Shown in pieces: positions 56,710-64,000 of a DNA stretch of 64,000 bases. The stretch's first letter is position 1. Each line of letters opens with the position of its first letter. The notes under the pieces are model-generated. The model was not told the DNA's origin, did not search any database, and worked only from the letters and a program-made list of their open reading frames with translations. A program made the position numbers and the translations under genes. The stretch is from the NCBI GenBank assembly GCA_000092065.1, contig CP000585.1. One strand, 5' to 3'. This stretch comes from Ostreococcus lucimarinus. Lineage: Eukaryota.

Positions 56710-59316
56710 TTATTTCGCCGCCGTCCTCGCCGGACCGCTTGCGGGATTAAAGTTACGCTTGAGCGCGTCCCTGTTTCCGCCGAGGAACCGAATGAGGGAG
56801 AAAAGCTCGTCGCGCACGAGCCACGTTCGAACGGCACCACGATCGGCGACAAGACAGCCGATGTTGTGCGATGGGACTTCGAAGGGTGAGTCGAGACGAC
56901 TGAGCGTCGCGATGGTTCGCTCCTTGACAGGCGAGTGGCCGTACACGGTGCTGTGCTTGCCCCAACCAGTGACGACTTGAATCTCTTCAGGCAAGTCGCG
57001 AATGTCGATCGGCATTTCGGACTTATTCTTCAACCCTGATACGAGCGCACGCGTTCCTTTGCCCGCGGCTCGAACGTCGAGCGGTGCCAAAGCGCGTTGA
57101 CGCATTCGGCGCAACCACCAACGTAAGACGCACTGCGCGGTGCCGGCGGAACGAATACGGTGCAGGTCTAAAACACCGAGATCGTCCTCGCATTGGAAGT
57201 GCCCAGCCGCTTGAGCTTGTTCGAGCCACGTCGTTGCGCGATCCCATTGACCCATCTCCTCGCAAACATCGATGAGCGCGTCAAACGTGAGCGCGTTTGG
57301 CACGATCCCTTCACTCGTCATTTGCGTCATCGCCTCGCCCGCCTTTTGCCACTCTTTACGAGCCTCATACGAAATCAATAGCGAGTTGTACGTGTGCACG
57401 GTGCGCGTGACGTCGCTCGTCAGCATGTATTTGAATGTGTCCTCCACCTCGGCGTACTCGTTGTTAACGTGAAGCACTCGGAGCAGGGCGTCGGAAACGA
57501 ACCCTCGCCATCCTGGAACTTCTTCGAGCTCGCGATCGTCGGCGAGCGCGCGTATAAGAACCGGGAGGTTCCCGACTGGACTATCGCTCACGTCGCACGT
57601 GCGTTCGAATTCGGGCAAATCGATGCCCTCCAATTCGGCTCGCTTGATTTCCTCGCGAAGCCTTTCCTCGCGACACGCCTGAAGCTTTTCAATACCGCAC
57701 AAGCAATCGAGTGTGATGGTGTCCGGCGCGAATCCCGAAAGAAGAAGTTCTTTATATATTTTCGTCGCGCGCACCCAGTCACGCTCTGCGCTCGCCTCCA
57801 TCAGGAGCGTGTTGTACGTGACGAGAGTCGATCGCACGCCCTCCGTCTCCATCACTCGTAAAACCCGTTGCGTGCCTTCAAGATTACCCGCCTTGACACA
57901 CGCCCCGAGCGCGCTGTTGAATATCACGGCCGTCGCGTGCAAACGCGGGGCAATGATGACTTGATGCAGGAGCTCGAGAGCCCGATCGATGTTGCCGCTA
58001 TTGCCGTGCGCGGTGATTAACACGCTGTACGTGGTTTCGTTCGGCATGACCCCCGCGCGCTGCATGGATTGGCTCATATTTTCCATGTCACGAATGCGTC
58101 GCTGCCTTCCGAGCGATTGCAACATACCGTTGTATGTCGTCACGTTTCGCCTGACACCTTCCGTTTGCATGCGCTCAAACACGGCGGCGGCGTCCTTGTA
58201 ACGGCCCGAGTTCACCGCGGCAGAGAGCAATGCGTTGTACACACCCGTGTCCAATTGCACGTGCGAGCTCGCAAACAAGCTTTCGAATAACTCGCTCGCC
58301 TTTTCGAATTGTCCGCCCTTGCCGTACGCGCTGATGAGGGACGTGTACACGCGCACGCTCGGGTGCCACGTGGGCCCGCGACCTCTGAAGTCGCGCTTCA
58401 TCTCCTCAAACGTTTGTTCGGCGAGCTTCCACTCAATCGCACGCGCGTACGCCGCGATCACCTCGTGATACGTCTTGGCATCCGGACCCGGGCCGTGCTC
58501 TCGCATCTCGCGCAGCAATCTCGTCGCGTCCGCGCTCGCCGGCGGACGCGAGCGCTTGCACGCTCGCAGCGTCATGTTGTAAAACGCCAGCGGCACCGCC
58601 ACGCCGTTTCGCTCGCCCGCCTTCTTCATCCGCTGCAGCGCCGAAATCGCCTCAGGCGCGTCTCCGGTATCCGCCGCGCGCAGCATCACCGCCCCATCCA
58701 CCGCCCACATCGCGTCGTTCGCGTCCCACGCCGCGCTCGTCGACTTCTCGTCGTCGTCCGACCGCAGCGCTCGCTCGAGCGCGCCGTACGACGACGACAA
58801 CCCACCGTTTCGCCGCCCACTCCCGTTTCCACCCGTCGCGCGTCGCCACCCTCGTCGACCACCGTTCGCCGCGCCATCGAACCCGCTCCCGTCGCCCGCC
58901 GCGTCGAAATCCTCGTCGCCGCTTCGCCGCGTCGTCACCTCACCGCGCGGACCCTCGACGATTTCCAGCCCCTCCCGCGCCCAACCCCGTCGCGTCGCGA
59001 CTCCCGCGTACGCCCGCGTCCCGTTCGACGCCGCCGCGCTCGACCCGTCGTCGTCGTCGTCCTCGTCGCGCGTCGTCTCGTACGACGCGAGCGCGTCGCC
59101 CTCGTCGTCGTCGTCGCGACTCGTCGCTCTGCGGTTTTTACGGCTCGCGCGCGCCGTCACGCGCGCGCCGCGCGTCGCCATCGCCGCGCGCATCGCGCGT
59201 CGCTCGAGCGCGTCCGCGTCGCTCGCGCGTCGCGCCGTCGTCGTCGACGCGCGCGGTCGTCGTCGCGCGGTCGTGCTTCCCACCGGCGCCGTCGCGACGC
59301 CGCCGCGCGTCGCCAT
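56710..59316 (-). CDS. Pentatricopeptide-repeat (PPR) protein with a C-terminal SMR-like domain, probably organelle-targeted.
   Basis: More than 15 PPR-like repeats (e.g. VTYNTLLMEASAERDWVRATKIYKELLLSGFAPDTITLDCL, TYNSLLISYEARKEWQKAGEAMTQMTSEGIVPNALTF). C-terminal ...VLDLHRIRSAGTAQCVLRWWLRR... is Smr-like. The ATG at 59316 is verified. N-terminal Arg/Thr/Ala-rich presequence. Confidence 0.75.
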   Translation of the reverse strand: MATRGGVATAPVGSTTARRRPRASTTTARRASDADALERRAMRAAMATRGARVTARASRKNRRATSRDDDDEGDALASYETTRDEDDDDDGSSAAASNGTRAYAGVATRRGWAREGLEIVEGPRGEVTTRRSGDEDFDAAGDGSGFDGAANGGRRGWRRATGGNGSGRRNGGLSSSYGALERALRSDDDEKSTSAAWDANDAMWAVDGAVMLRAADTGDAPEAISALQRMKKAGERNGVAVPLAFYNMTLRACKRSRPPASADATRLLREMREHGPGPDAKTYHEVIAAYARAIEWKLAEQTFEEMKRDFRGRGPTWHPSVRVYTSLISAYGKGGQFEKASELFESLFASSHVQLDTGVYNALLSAAVNSGRYKDAAAVFERMQTEGVRRNVTTYNGMLQSLGRQRRIRDMENMSQSMQRAGVMPNETTYSVLITAHGNSGNIDRALELLHQVIIAPRLHATAVIFNSALGACVKAGNLEGTQRVLRVMETEGVRSTLVTYNTLLMEASAERDWVRATKIYKELLLSGFAPDTITLDCLCGIEKLQACREERLREEIKRAELEGIDLPEFERTCDVSDSPVGNLPVLIRALADDRELEEVPGWRGFVSDALLRVLHVNNEYAEVEDTFKYMLTSDVTRTVHTYNSLLISYEARKEWQKAGEAMTQMTSEGIVPNALTFDALIDVCEEMGQWDRATTWLEQAQAAGHFQCEDDLGVLDLHRIRSAGTAQCVLRWWLRRMRQRALAPLDVRAAGKGTRALVSGLKNKSEMPIDIRDLPEEIQVVTGWGKHSTVYGHSPVKERTIATLSRLDSPFEVPSHNIGCLVADRGAVRTWLVRDELFSLIRFLGGNRDALKRNFNPASGPARTAAK

Positions 59317-59488
59317 CGTCGCGTCGCCGCGCGTCGCGGTGCGTCGCGCGAGACTTCGTCGCGTCGCGCGCGCGTCGTCGCCGCGCTCGCGTCGCGTCGC
59401 GCGTCGCGCGCGCGCGTGTGACGCCGCGCCGTCGCCGCCGCCGGGCCGACCGCCTTATCTGCGACCGCGTGTGCGCAAACAGTGAGGA

Positions 59489-59650
59489 CGTACGTATACG
59501 TACCCCAGATGGGTAAAGTGCGCGCTGAATACGTATACGTACCCCAGATGGGTAAAGTGCGCGCTGAATACGTATACGTACCCCAGATGGGTAAAGTGCG
59601 CGCTGAATACGTATACGTACCCCAGATGGGTAAAGTGCGCGCTTGAATAC
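59489..59650. repeat. 39-nt tandem repeat, about 4.2 copies (acgtatacgtaccccagatgggtaaagtgcgcgctgaat), relatively AT-rich. It lies in the intergenic/promoter region between the divergent PPR-SMR gene and the gene starting at 59672.
   Basis: The period of 39 nt was verified at four successive positions (taccccagat at 59501, 59540, 59579, 59618). The copies are near-identical. Confidence 0.9.
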
Positions 59651-59671
59651 GAGCGGCGCACCGCGACGCGC

Positions 59672-60232
59672 ATGCGCGCGACGCCGCGCGCGCGCGCGCG
59701 CGTCGCGACGCCGCGACGTCGGCGACGACCGCGCGCGGTGACGCCGATCGCGTCGGCGTCGTCGGACGCGCGGCGCGCGACGCGACGCGTCGCGCTGACG
59801 ACGACGGCGATCGCGCTCGCGGCGTTCGGCGACGCGCGCGACGCGCGCGCGCGGCCGCTCGCGGTCGTCGAGGCGCGCGACGCGGTGGCGCGCGACGGCG
59901 GACGGTTTACGTTTGAGATCGAGCTTCCGAGGGGGTATCACTTCACGGAGGGCGCGAACTCGAGGTACGAGACGACGGCGGCGGCGAGCGGGACGAGGGG
60001 CGCGCTGGAGGGCGACGGCGGAGCGAAGAGGACGGTGGTCGTGCGCGCGGCGGAGGGGGTGAACGAGGCGCGCGTGGATTGCGTGGTGTATTTTTGTCGA
60101 ACGGATGACGTGTGCCTGATGCAGCGCGTGCGGTTCGAGGTGCCGGTGGCGACGGGGGGGGCGAGCGAGACGACGGCGGAGTACGTCGTCGCGGCGGAGG
60201 CGAACGACGCGGCGGTGCCGAGTTTTGATTGA
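59672..60232 (+). CDS. Hypothetical protein with a transit peptide and a twin-arginine-like signal. It is possibly targeted to the thylakoid lumen and carries a Cys pair.
   Basis: ATG at 59672. MRATPRARARVATPRRRRRP...RRVALTTTAIALAAFGDARDARA (RR plus hydrophobic core plus AxA). Mature part ...FTFEIELPRGYHFTEGANSRYE...VDCVVYFCRTDDVCLMQRVRFEVPV. No family recognised. Confidence 0.5.
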   Translation: MRATPRARARVATPRRRRRPRAVTPIASASSDARRATRRVALTTTAIALAAFGDARDARARPLAVVEARDAVARDGGRFTFEIELPRGYHFTEGANSRYETTAAASGTRGALEGDGGAKRTVVVRAAEGVNEARVDCVVYFCRTDDVCLMQRVRFEVPVATGGASETTAEYVVAAEANDAAVPSFD

Positions 60233-60299
60233 ATCGCTGCTCTCGTGTTGTATTGTTCGTACATGTGTTAGGTGCGTGATTCGCGCGCGTCGCGTTCGC

Positions 60300-63200
60300 C
60301 TACTTCTTGGCTTTGGCGAGCTGAACGCCTTCCATTTCGTCTTCGACGTCTGAAAAAAGCTCGCGTAAATTCTCGAGAGTCTCCTCGTCGGCGTCCCACA
60401 TTCCGCGACCGGCGGCTTCGAGCATGCGCTTGACGACGTTCCTGAACGCCTGCGGGTTCGATTTTCTCAGCTTGTCACGCATCTCTTCGTCTTCGACGTA
60501 GGTTTCGTGCGCGCCGTCGTACACCCAGTTCTCGGCGAACCCGCTCGTGGCGCCCCAGCCCACGAGCGCGGTCATGCGTTGGGAAATTTCGTACGCACCG
60601 CCCGATCCTTGGTCCGCCATCGCGGTCGCCCATCGCGGGTTGAGTAGTTTCGTGCGGTACTCCATGCGAAGCGTCTCGTCGAGATCTTTCGGGGTGACGT
60701 CTTTACCGAAAGTCTCGACGATGGAGCACGCGACGTCGGGATTTTTCACGCCCGCGTCTTCCTTCGCGGCCTTGGCTGCGGCGACGAGCGCGCCCGTGTT
60801 GGCGTAGTACTCTTGGATGTCGGTCAGACCGTACTCTACAGAATCGATTTCCTGAACCACGCGCTCGGTGGTGCGTAAGAGCGATTGTAAAACTTCTGGT
60901 CGCGCGGTGCCGCGTTCGTCGCCTTTGCCGTACGAGTACGCGTTTCTCGACGCCCACGTATCTCCAAGCTCGCGAGAGTCCTCCCATCCACTCGTTCCGA
61001 CGCGTTCGTTCACCATGGAACCGTAGTCTCCGGGAGGGTTGCTGAACAAGCGTGCGGTGGTGTTCTCGATCCCCTCGCTTTGCATCTCTCTCGAGTGTTT
61101 GCGAATGAAGTTCATCTCAATCGGCTCGTCCGCCTCAGCCGCTCGAACGAAGAGGTCATCCAACAAACCAACGACGCTTGCAAAGCTGTCCCGGAAAATG
61201 CCAGACATGTTACACAAAACATCGACGCGCGGACGCCCATTCATCTCGCTGAGAGGAATCAGTTCGTATCGCACGACGCGACCGGTGCCTTCTTTCACCG
61301 CTCGAGCGCCGACGAGTTGCAAAACTATGCCGACGCTCTCTCCTTTCGTTTTGATCGCGTCGAGTCCCCACAAATTTACGCTGACTGATTCTGGATACGC
61401 ACCGTCGTTTGCGTCTTGATGTTGTTTCAGAATGGCATCCGCCACTGCGGCGCCGCGCGTGGCGGCGGCGGCCGATGGCATGCGGTACGGATCGAGTGCG
61501 TGAATGTTCCTTCCGGTTGGAAGGACTCCTTTACCGTCGCGCAACAAATCACCACCCACTGCCGGAGGCACCCATTCGCCGTCCAGGGCTCGATGCATAC
61601 CCGTGATCTCTTCTGTGTTCATCGAGAGCAGATCACGAATCTCGATCGCTTCCGTGACCTTGTCGCTGACAGTCGCCGTAGCGCCTCCGCTTTGCAGCGC
61701 GTCTTGCGCGCTGACGGGCACGGATAGGTTGAACGTTTGCTCGAGCCTAGCTTTGACCGCGTCCAGTGATTCGTTTGGATCAGCCTTGACAATTTCATCG
61801 ATCAGGCCCGCTTCGATATCACCGTCAAAGTACGCGCTAAGATACTGTGTCATTGACTCGCGCGTCGGCGCGGTGCCGAGCGAATGCAAGCCTTCGCTGA
61901 AGAGTCGATTTTCCAGAACGCCAAGGTACGTGTAGAGCTCGCTGGCATACGCATCGAAGTCTTTCTGAGAGAGAGACTCCGCCATTTCCGGCGTCATGCG
62001 AACATGCTCGCTCGTTTGTGCGTCGACGTAAGGGCAGTCGCTGTCTAATCCAGCCGCAGTCACCATGTCAAAGATGGACGTGCGCAAAGCGCTGTTCTCG
62101 TCGGGATTTTCCCTATACTCGTTCAAAATTTCACGCAACTGCGCGGTTTGCTTGTACAAGCCGGCGCGTCCGTACGGTGGCACGTTGTGCGAAATGATGA
62201 CTCCGTATCCGCGTCGCTTCGCGATGATGCTTTCACTAGGATTGTTCGCGGCGTATACGTACACATTCGGCATCGCGCCCAACAACTGTTCGCTCCACGA
62301 CAAGCTCGTGTTCCCGAGCGGCGAACCCGGGAGCCACTCGACGGTACCATGCATGCCGAAGTGAACGATCGCGTTCGCCTTGAACTCGTTTTGAAGCCAT
62401 TTGTAATACGCGGCGTACTGCGGATGCGGCGTGAGATCGCGCTCAAACAACAATCGCATCGGATCGCCCTCCACGCCGAGCGCAGGTTGAATGCCGATGA
62501 AGACGTTACCAAGCTGGAGACCAGTGACGACGCTCCCTTTGCCTGGCGCAGTCGCAAGTCCGATGTAATTTTCGAGCGGTCCCCACGCCGCTTCCATCTT
62601 TTTTACGAGTACGTCGGGTTCTGGTAAGTATGGAATCGGTCCCCACTCCGTCGGTCCCCACTCCTTTGGAAACGCGAGCCACTTCTTCAGCTGCGCCGGC
62701 GTCACGTTCGCACCCGCAACCGTGACTCCAGGGAGCTCACCGCCTTTCGCCATGTCGCTCACCGCGTTCACCGCTCCATCGTAACCAGCCATGATTGTGG
62801 CGTTTTCTTCCAACGTACGCAAAGCTTTGACGATGGACTCGCCCGTGGGGAGCTCGTCGGCGTCGCCGAGGTAGTACCCTTCAGCTTTGAGCGACTGTAA
62901 CATGTTTTCTAAAGAATTCGGCACGTTTAGTAACGCCGCCGTACCCGTGGCACCGACGCCCGGGGGGAATCCGTACATCATCACTGCGATTTTGCGCTCA
63001 TCTCGCTTGGTTTTGCGTAAACTGTGCCATTGCTTCAGACGATTTGAAAGCGCAAAGACGCGCTCGCGAGTGAGGTAAATGTTGTCGCCGCACAACCCAC
63101 CGAGCGCGACCGTGTCGATCGCGCCGTCAAGTTCTGGCAACGCGTAGAGAATTGTACTTTGTAAACCACCAACGCCACTTCGAACCCAGGAAGCGATGTC

Positions 63201-64000
63201 TTGAATCAACAACGGCGCGGCGACGAAGTACGGAATGTTCTTCGCTCCCAAGATACCTTGCGCAACTTCAGCCTGCCGACCCGCCTCCATACTTCCCGCG
63301 GGGCCGCCGACGAGAGGAAATCCGACCGTGCTAACCACGGCGTCTACAACTGTGGCGTCTTGCTTCAAAGAATCGACCTCTACGACGCCTTCAGCGCGTC
63401 TTTGTTGTTCGTATTCAGACGTCAGCATGTCGCGCACAATGGTGTGCGCCTCGACGCCGTTGATGAAAATTGGAATCGGCAGAACGCCGGAGTCTTCGAA
63501 TGATTCGACTAAATCCGCAAGATATGGCTGCTTCGTGATGACGTGCTTACGGTAAAGAAGCATAGCCACGCGCGGGGCACCCGCTGGAACTTTGTGGGAA
63601 CGCGTCCGAGCGTGCCAATCAAGGTAGGACGCGATCGTCTCGAAGTACGGCATCTTTTCTCGCTCGCGTTGCGGATGATAGAGACCCAGCGCCGGAGTTT
63701 CCACGGGAGGTTTTGGCGCGCCAGAGACACCGAAGATCCGTTCTATGAACGATTTCGGCTTGTTCTCGTCACCGGGCGGGGCCAAGTACTCTGACGCAAG
63801 ATACGCGAACGCTTCTTCAACGTTTTCTTTGCCGCCTTGGTTCCAGTACGCGTACACCGTGAGCCAATTCTTCAGATCACGCGCCTTATCCCCGGGAACA
63901 AACTTCAAAAGTTGTGGGCCGATCTTCAAGAACGACAAGTAGCCGACGAGCTTGTCCTCCTCCTTGCCGCTTCCAAACTTGGCGAGCACGGCTTTCACTG
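60300..64000 (-). CDS. CHLH: Magnesium-chelatase subunit H (ChlH/CobN family). Only the C-terminal ~1230 aa are present. The gene runs off the window end and its N-terminus is missing.
   Basis: Long collinear similarity to ChlH, e.g. ...RKHVITKQPYLADLVESFEDSGVLPIPIFINGVEAHTIVRD...GDNIYLTRERVFALSNRLKQW...PGSPLGNT...VISHNVPPYGRAGLY.... The 'M' at 63998 in the track is a GTG artefact. Confidence 0.9.
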   Translation of the reverse strand, partial: VKAVLAKFGSGKEEDKLVGYLSFLKIGPQLLKFVPGDKARDLKNWLTVYAYWNQGGKENVEEAFAYLASEYLAPPGDENKPKSFIERIFGVSGAPKPPVETPALGLYHPQREREKMPYFETIASYLDWHARTRSHKVPAGAPRVAMLLYRKHVITKQPYLADLVESFEDSGVLPIPIFINGVEAHTIVRDMLTSEYEQQRRAEGVVEVDSLKQDATVVDAVVSTVGFPLVGGPAGSMEAGRQAEVAQGILGAKNIPYFVAAPLLIQDIASWVRSGVGGLQSTILYALPELDGAIDTVALGGLCGDNIYLTRERVFALSNRLKQWHSLRKTKRDERKIAVMMYGFPPGVGATGTAALLNVPNSLENMLQSLKAEGYYLGDADELPTGESIVKALRTLEENATIMAGYDGAVNAVSDMAKGGELPGVTVAGANVTPAQLKKWLAFPKEWGPTEWGPIPYLPEPDVLVKKMEAAWGPLENYIGLATAPGKGSVVTGLQLGNVFIGIQPALGVEGDPMRLLFERDLTPHPQYAAYYKWLQNEFKANAIVHFGMHGTVEWLPGSPLGNTSLSWSEQLLGAMPNVYVYAANNPSESIIAKRRGYGVIISHNVPPYGRAGLYKQTAQLREILNEYRENPDENSALRTSIFDMVTAAGLDSDCPYVDAQTSEHVRMTPEMAESLSQKDFDAYASELYTYLGVLENRLFSEGLHSLGTAPTRESMTQYLSAYFDGDIEAGLIDEIVKADPNESLDAVKARLEQTFNLSVPVSAQDALQSGGATATVSDKVTEAIEIRDLLSMNTEEITGMHRALDGEWVPPAVGGDLLRDGKGVLPTGRNIHALDPYRMPSAAAATRGAAVADAILKQHQDANDGAYPESVSVNLWGLDAIKTKGESVGIVLQLVGARAVKEGTGRVVRYELIPLSEMNGRPRVDVLCNMSGIFRDSFASVVGLLDDLFVRAAEADEPIEMNFIRKHSREMQSEGIENTTARLFSNPPGDYGSMVNERVGTSGWEDSRELGDTWASRNAYSYGKGDERGTARPEVLQSLLRTTERVVQEIDSVEYGLTDIQEYYANTGALVAAAKAAKEDAGVKNPDVACSIVETFGKDVTPKDLDETLRMEYRTKLLNPRWATAMADQGSGGAYEISQRMTALVGWGATSGFAENWVYDGAHETYVEDEEMRDKLRKSNPQAFRNVVKRMLEAAGRGMWDADEETLENLRELFSDVEDEMEGVQLAKAKK

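Noticed and set aside
59489-59650. CRISPR-like array (regular ~39-nt repeats).
   Set aside because: The units are directly adjacent with no spacers, so it is a plain tandem repeat. No cas-like genes are nearby, and the context is eukaryotic.
1-64000. Reading the window as a prokaryotic locus (operons, defence islands, toxin-antitoxin, GTG/TTG starts).
   Set aside because: The gene content is eukaryote-specific (Aquarius, CPSF30, ARL2, NOP10, SAC3, ArfGAP, H15, PsaG precursor with presequence, MPC, TIM14). At least nine genes need GT...AG introns to restore conserved protein sequence. No Shine-Dalgarno-linked co-directional operon structure is apparent.

Overview
This 64 kb window is GC-rich (~65%) and gene-dense nuclear DNA from a small eukaryote, not a prokaryote. 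I found about 45 protein-coding genes, roughly one per 1.4 kb, on both strands, with intergenic spacers of about 60-300 bp and several divergent gene pairs. At least nine genes carry short spliceosomal introns (82-177 nt) with a recurring donor GTGCG/GTACG, a branch-like CTGAC(G) about 15-30 nt upstream, and an acceptor CGCAG. Together with plastid- and photosynthesis-related nuclear genes (PsaG, RbcX, Mg-chelatase H, thioredoxin m, MDAR) this fits a Mamiellophyceae-type green alga. My guess is Micromonas-like; that is an inference, not a database hit. Many ORFs in the supplied track start with GTG or TTG or are long Arg-rich antisense artefacts of CGN-rich DNA. I re-derived ATG starts and exon structures by hand where I could. 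Recognisable genes include:
- RecQ helicase (N-terminal part, gene leaves the window at position 1)
- cation/Ca2+ exchanger
- TIM14/PAM18
- Aquarius helicase
- CPSF30
- ArfGAP
- Sec14
- NOP10 (spliced)
- LYR protein
- RING-CH E3 ligase
- ankyrin-repeat protein
- SAC3/GANP
- GT29 sialyltransferase-like protein
- GT32-like glycosyltransferase
- giant PMP-like beta-helix multipass surface protein
- PsaG
- MDAR
- MATE transporter
- ARL2 (spliced)
- H15-FKBP fusion
- PfkB kinase
- PGM-like phosphatase (spliced)
- TauE/SafE permease (spliced)
- FRA10AC1
- sterol C-5 desaturase
- thioredoxin m (spliced)
- tRNA m7G methyltransferase TRM8 (spliced)
- mitochondrial pyruvate carrier
- C5 DNA methyltransferase with C-terminal PWWP and Tudor-like domains
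- RbcX (spliced)
- PPR-SMR protein
- Mg-chelatase H (truncated at the window end)
I did not detect any tRNA or rRNA genes, or any CRISPR array. I see nothing resembling a prokaryotic defence or mobile system. The most unusual items are:
- the DNMT-PWWP-Tudor architecture
- the PMP-like giant receptor-like protein
- the H15-FKBP fusion
- a secreted Pro/Cys/His/poly-Glu protein
- the shared-motif intron family
- several promoter-proximal tandem repeats
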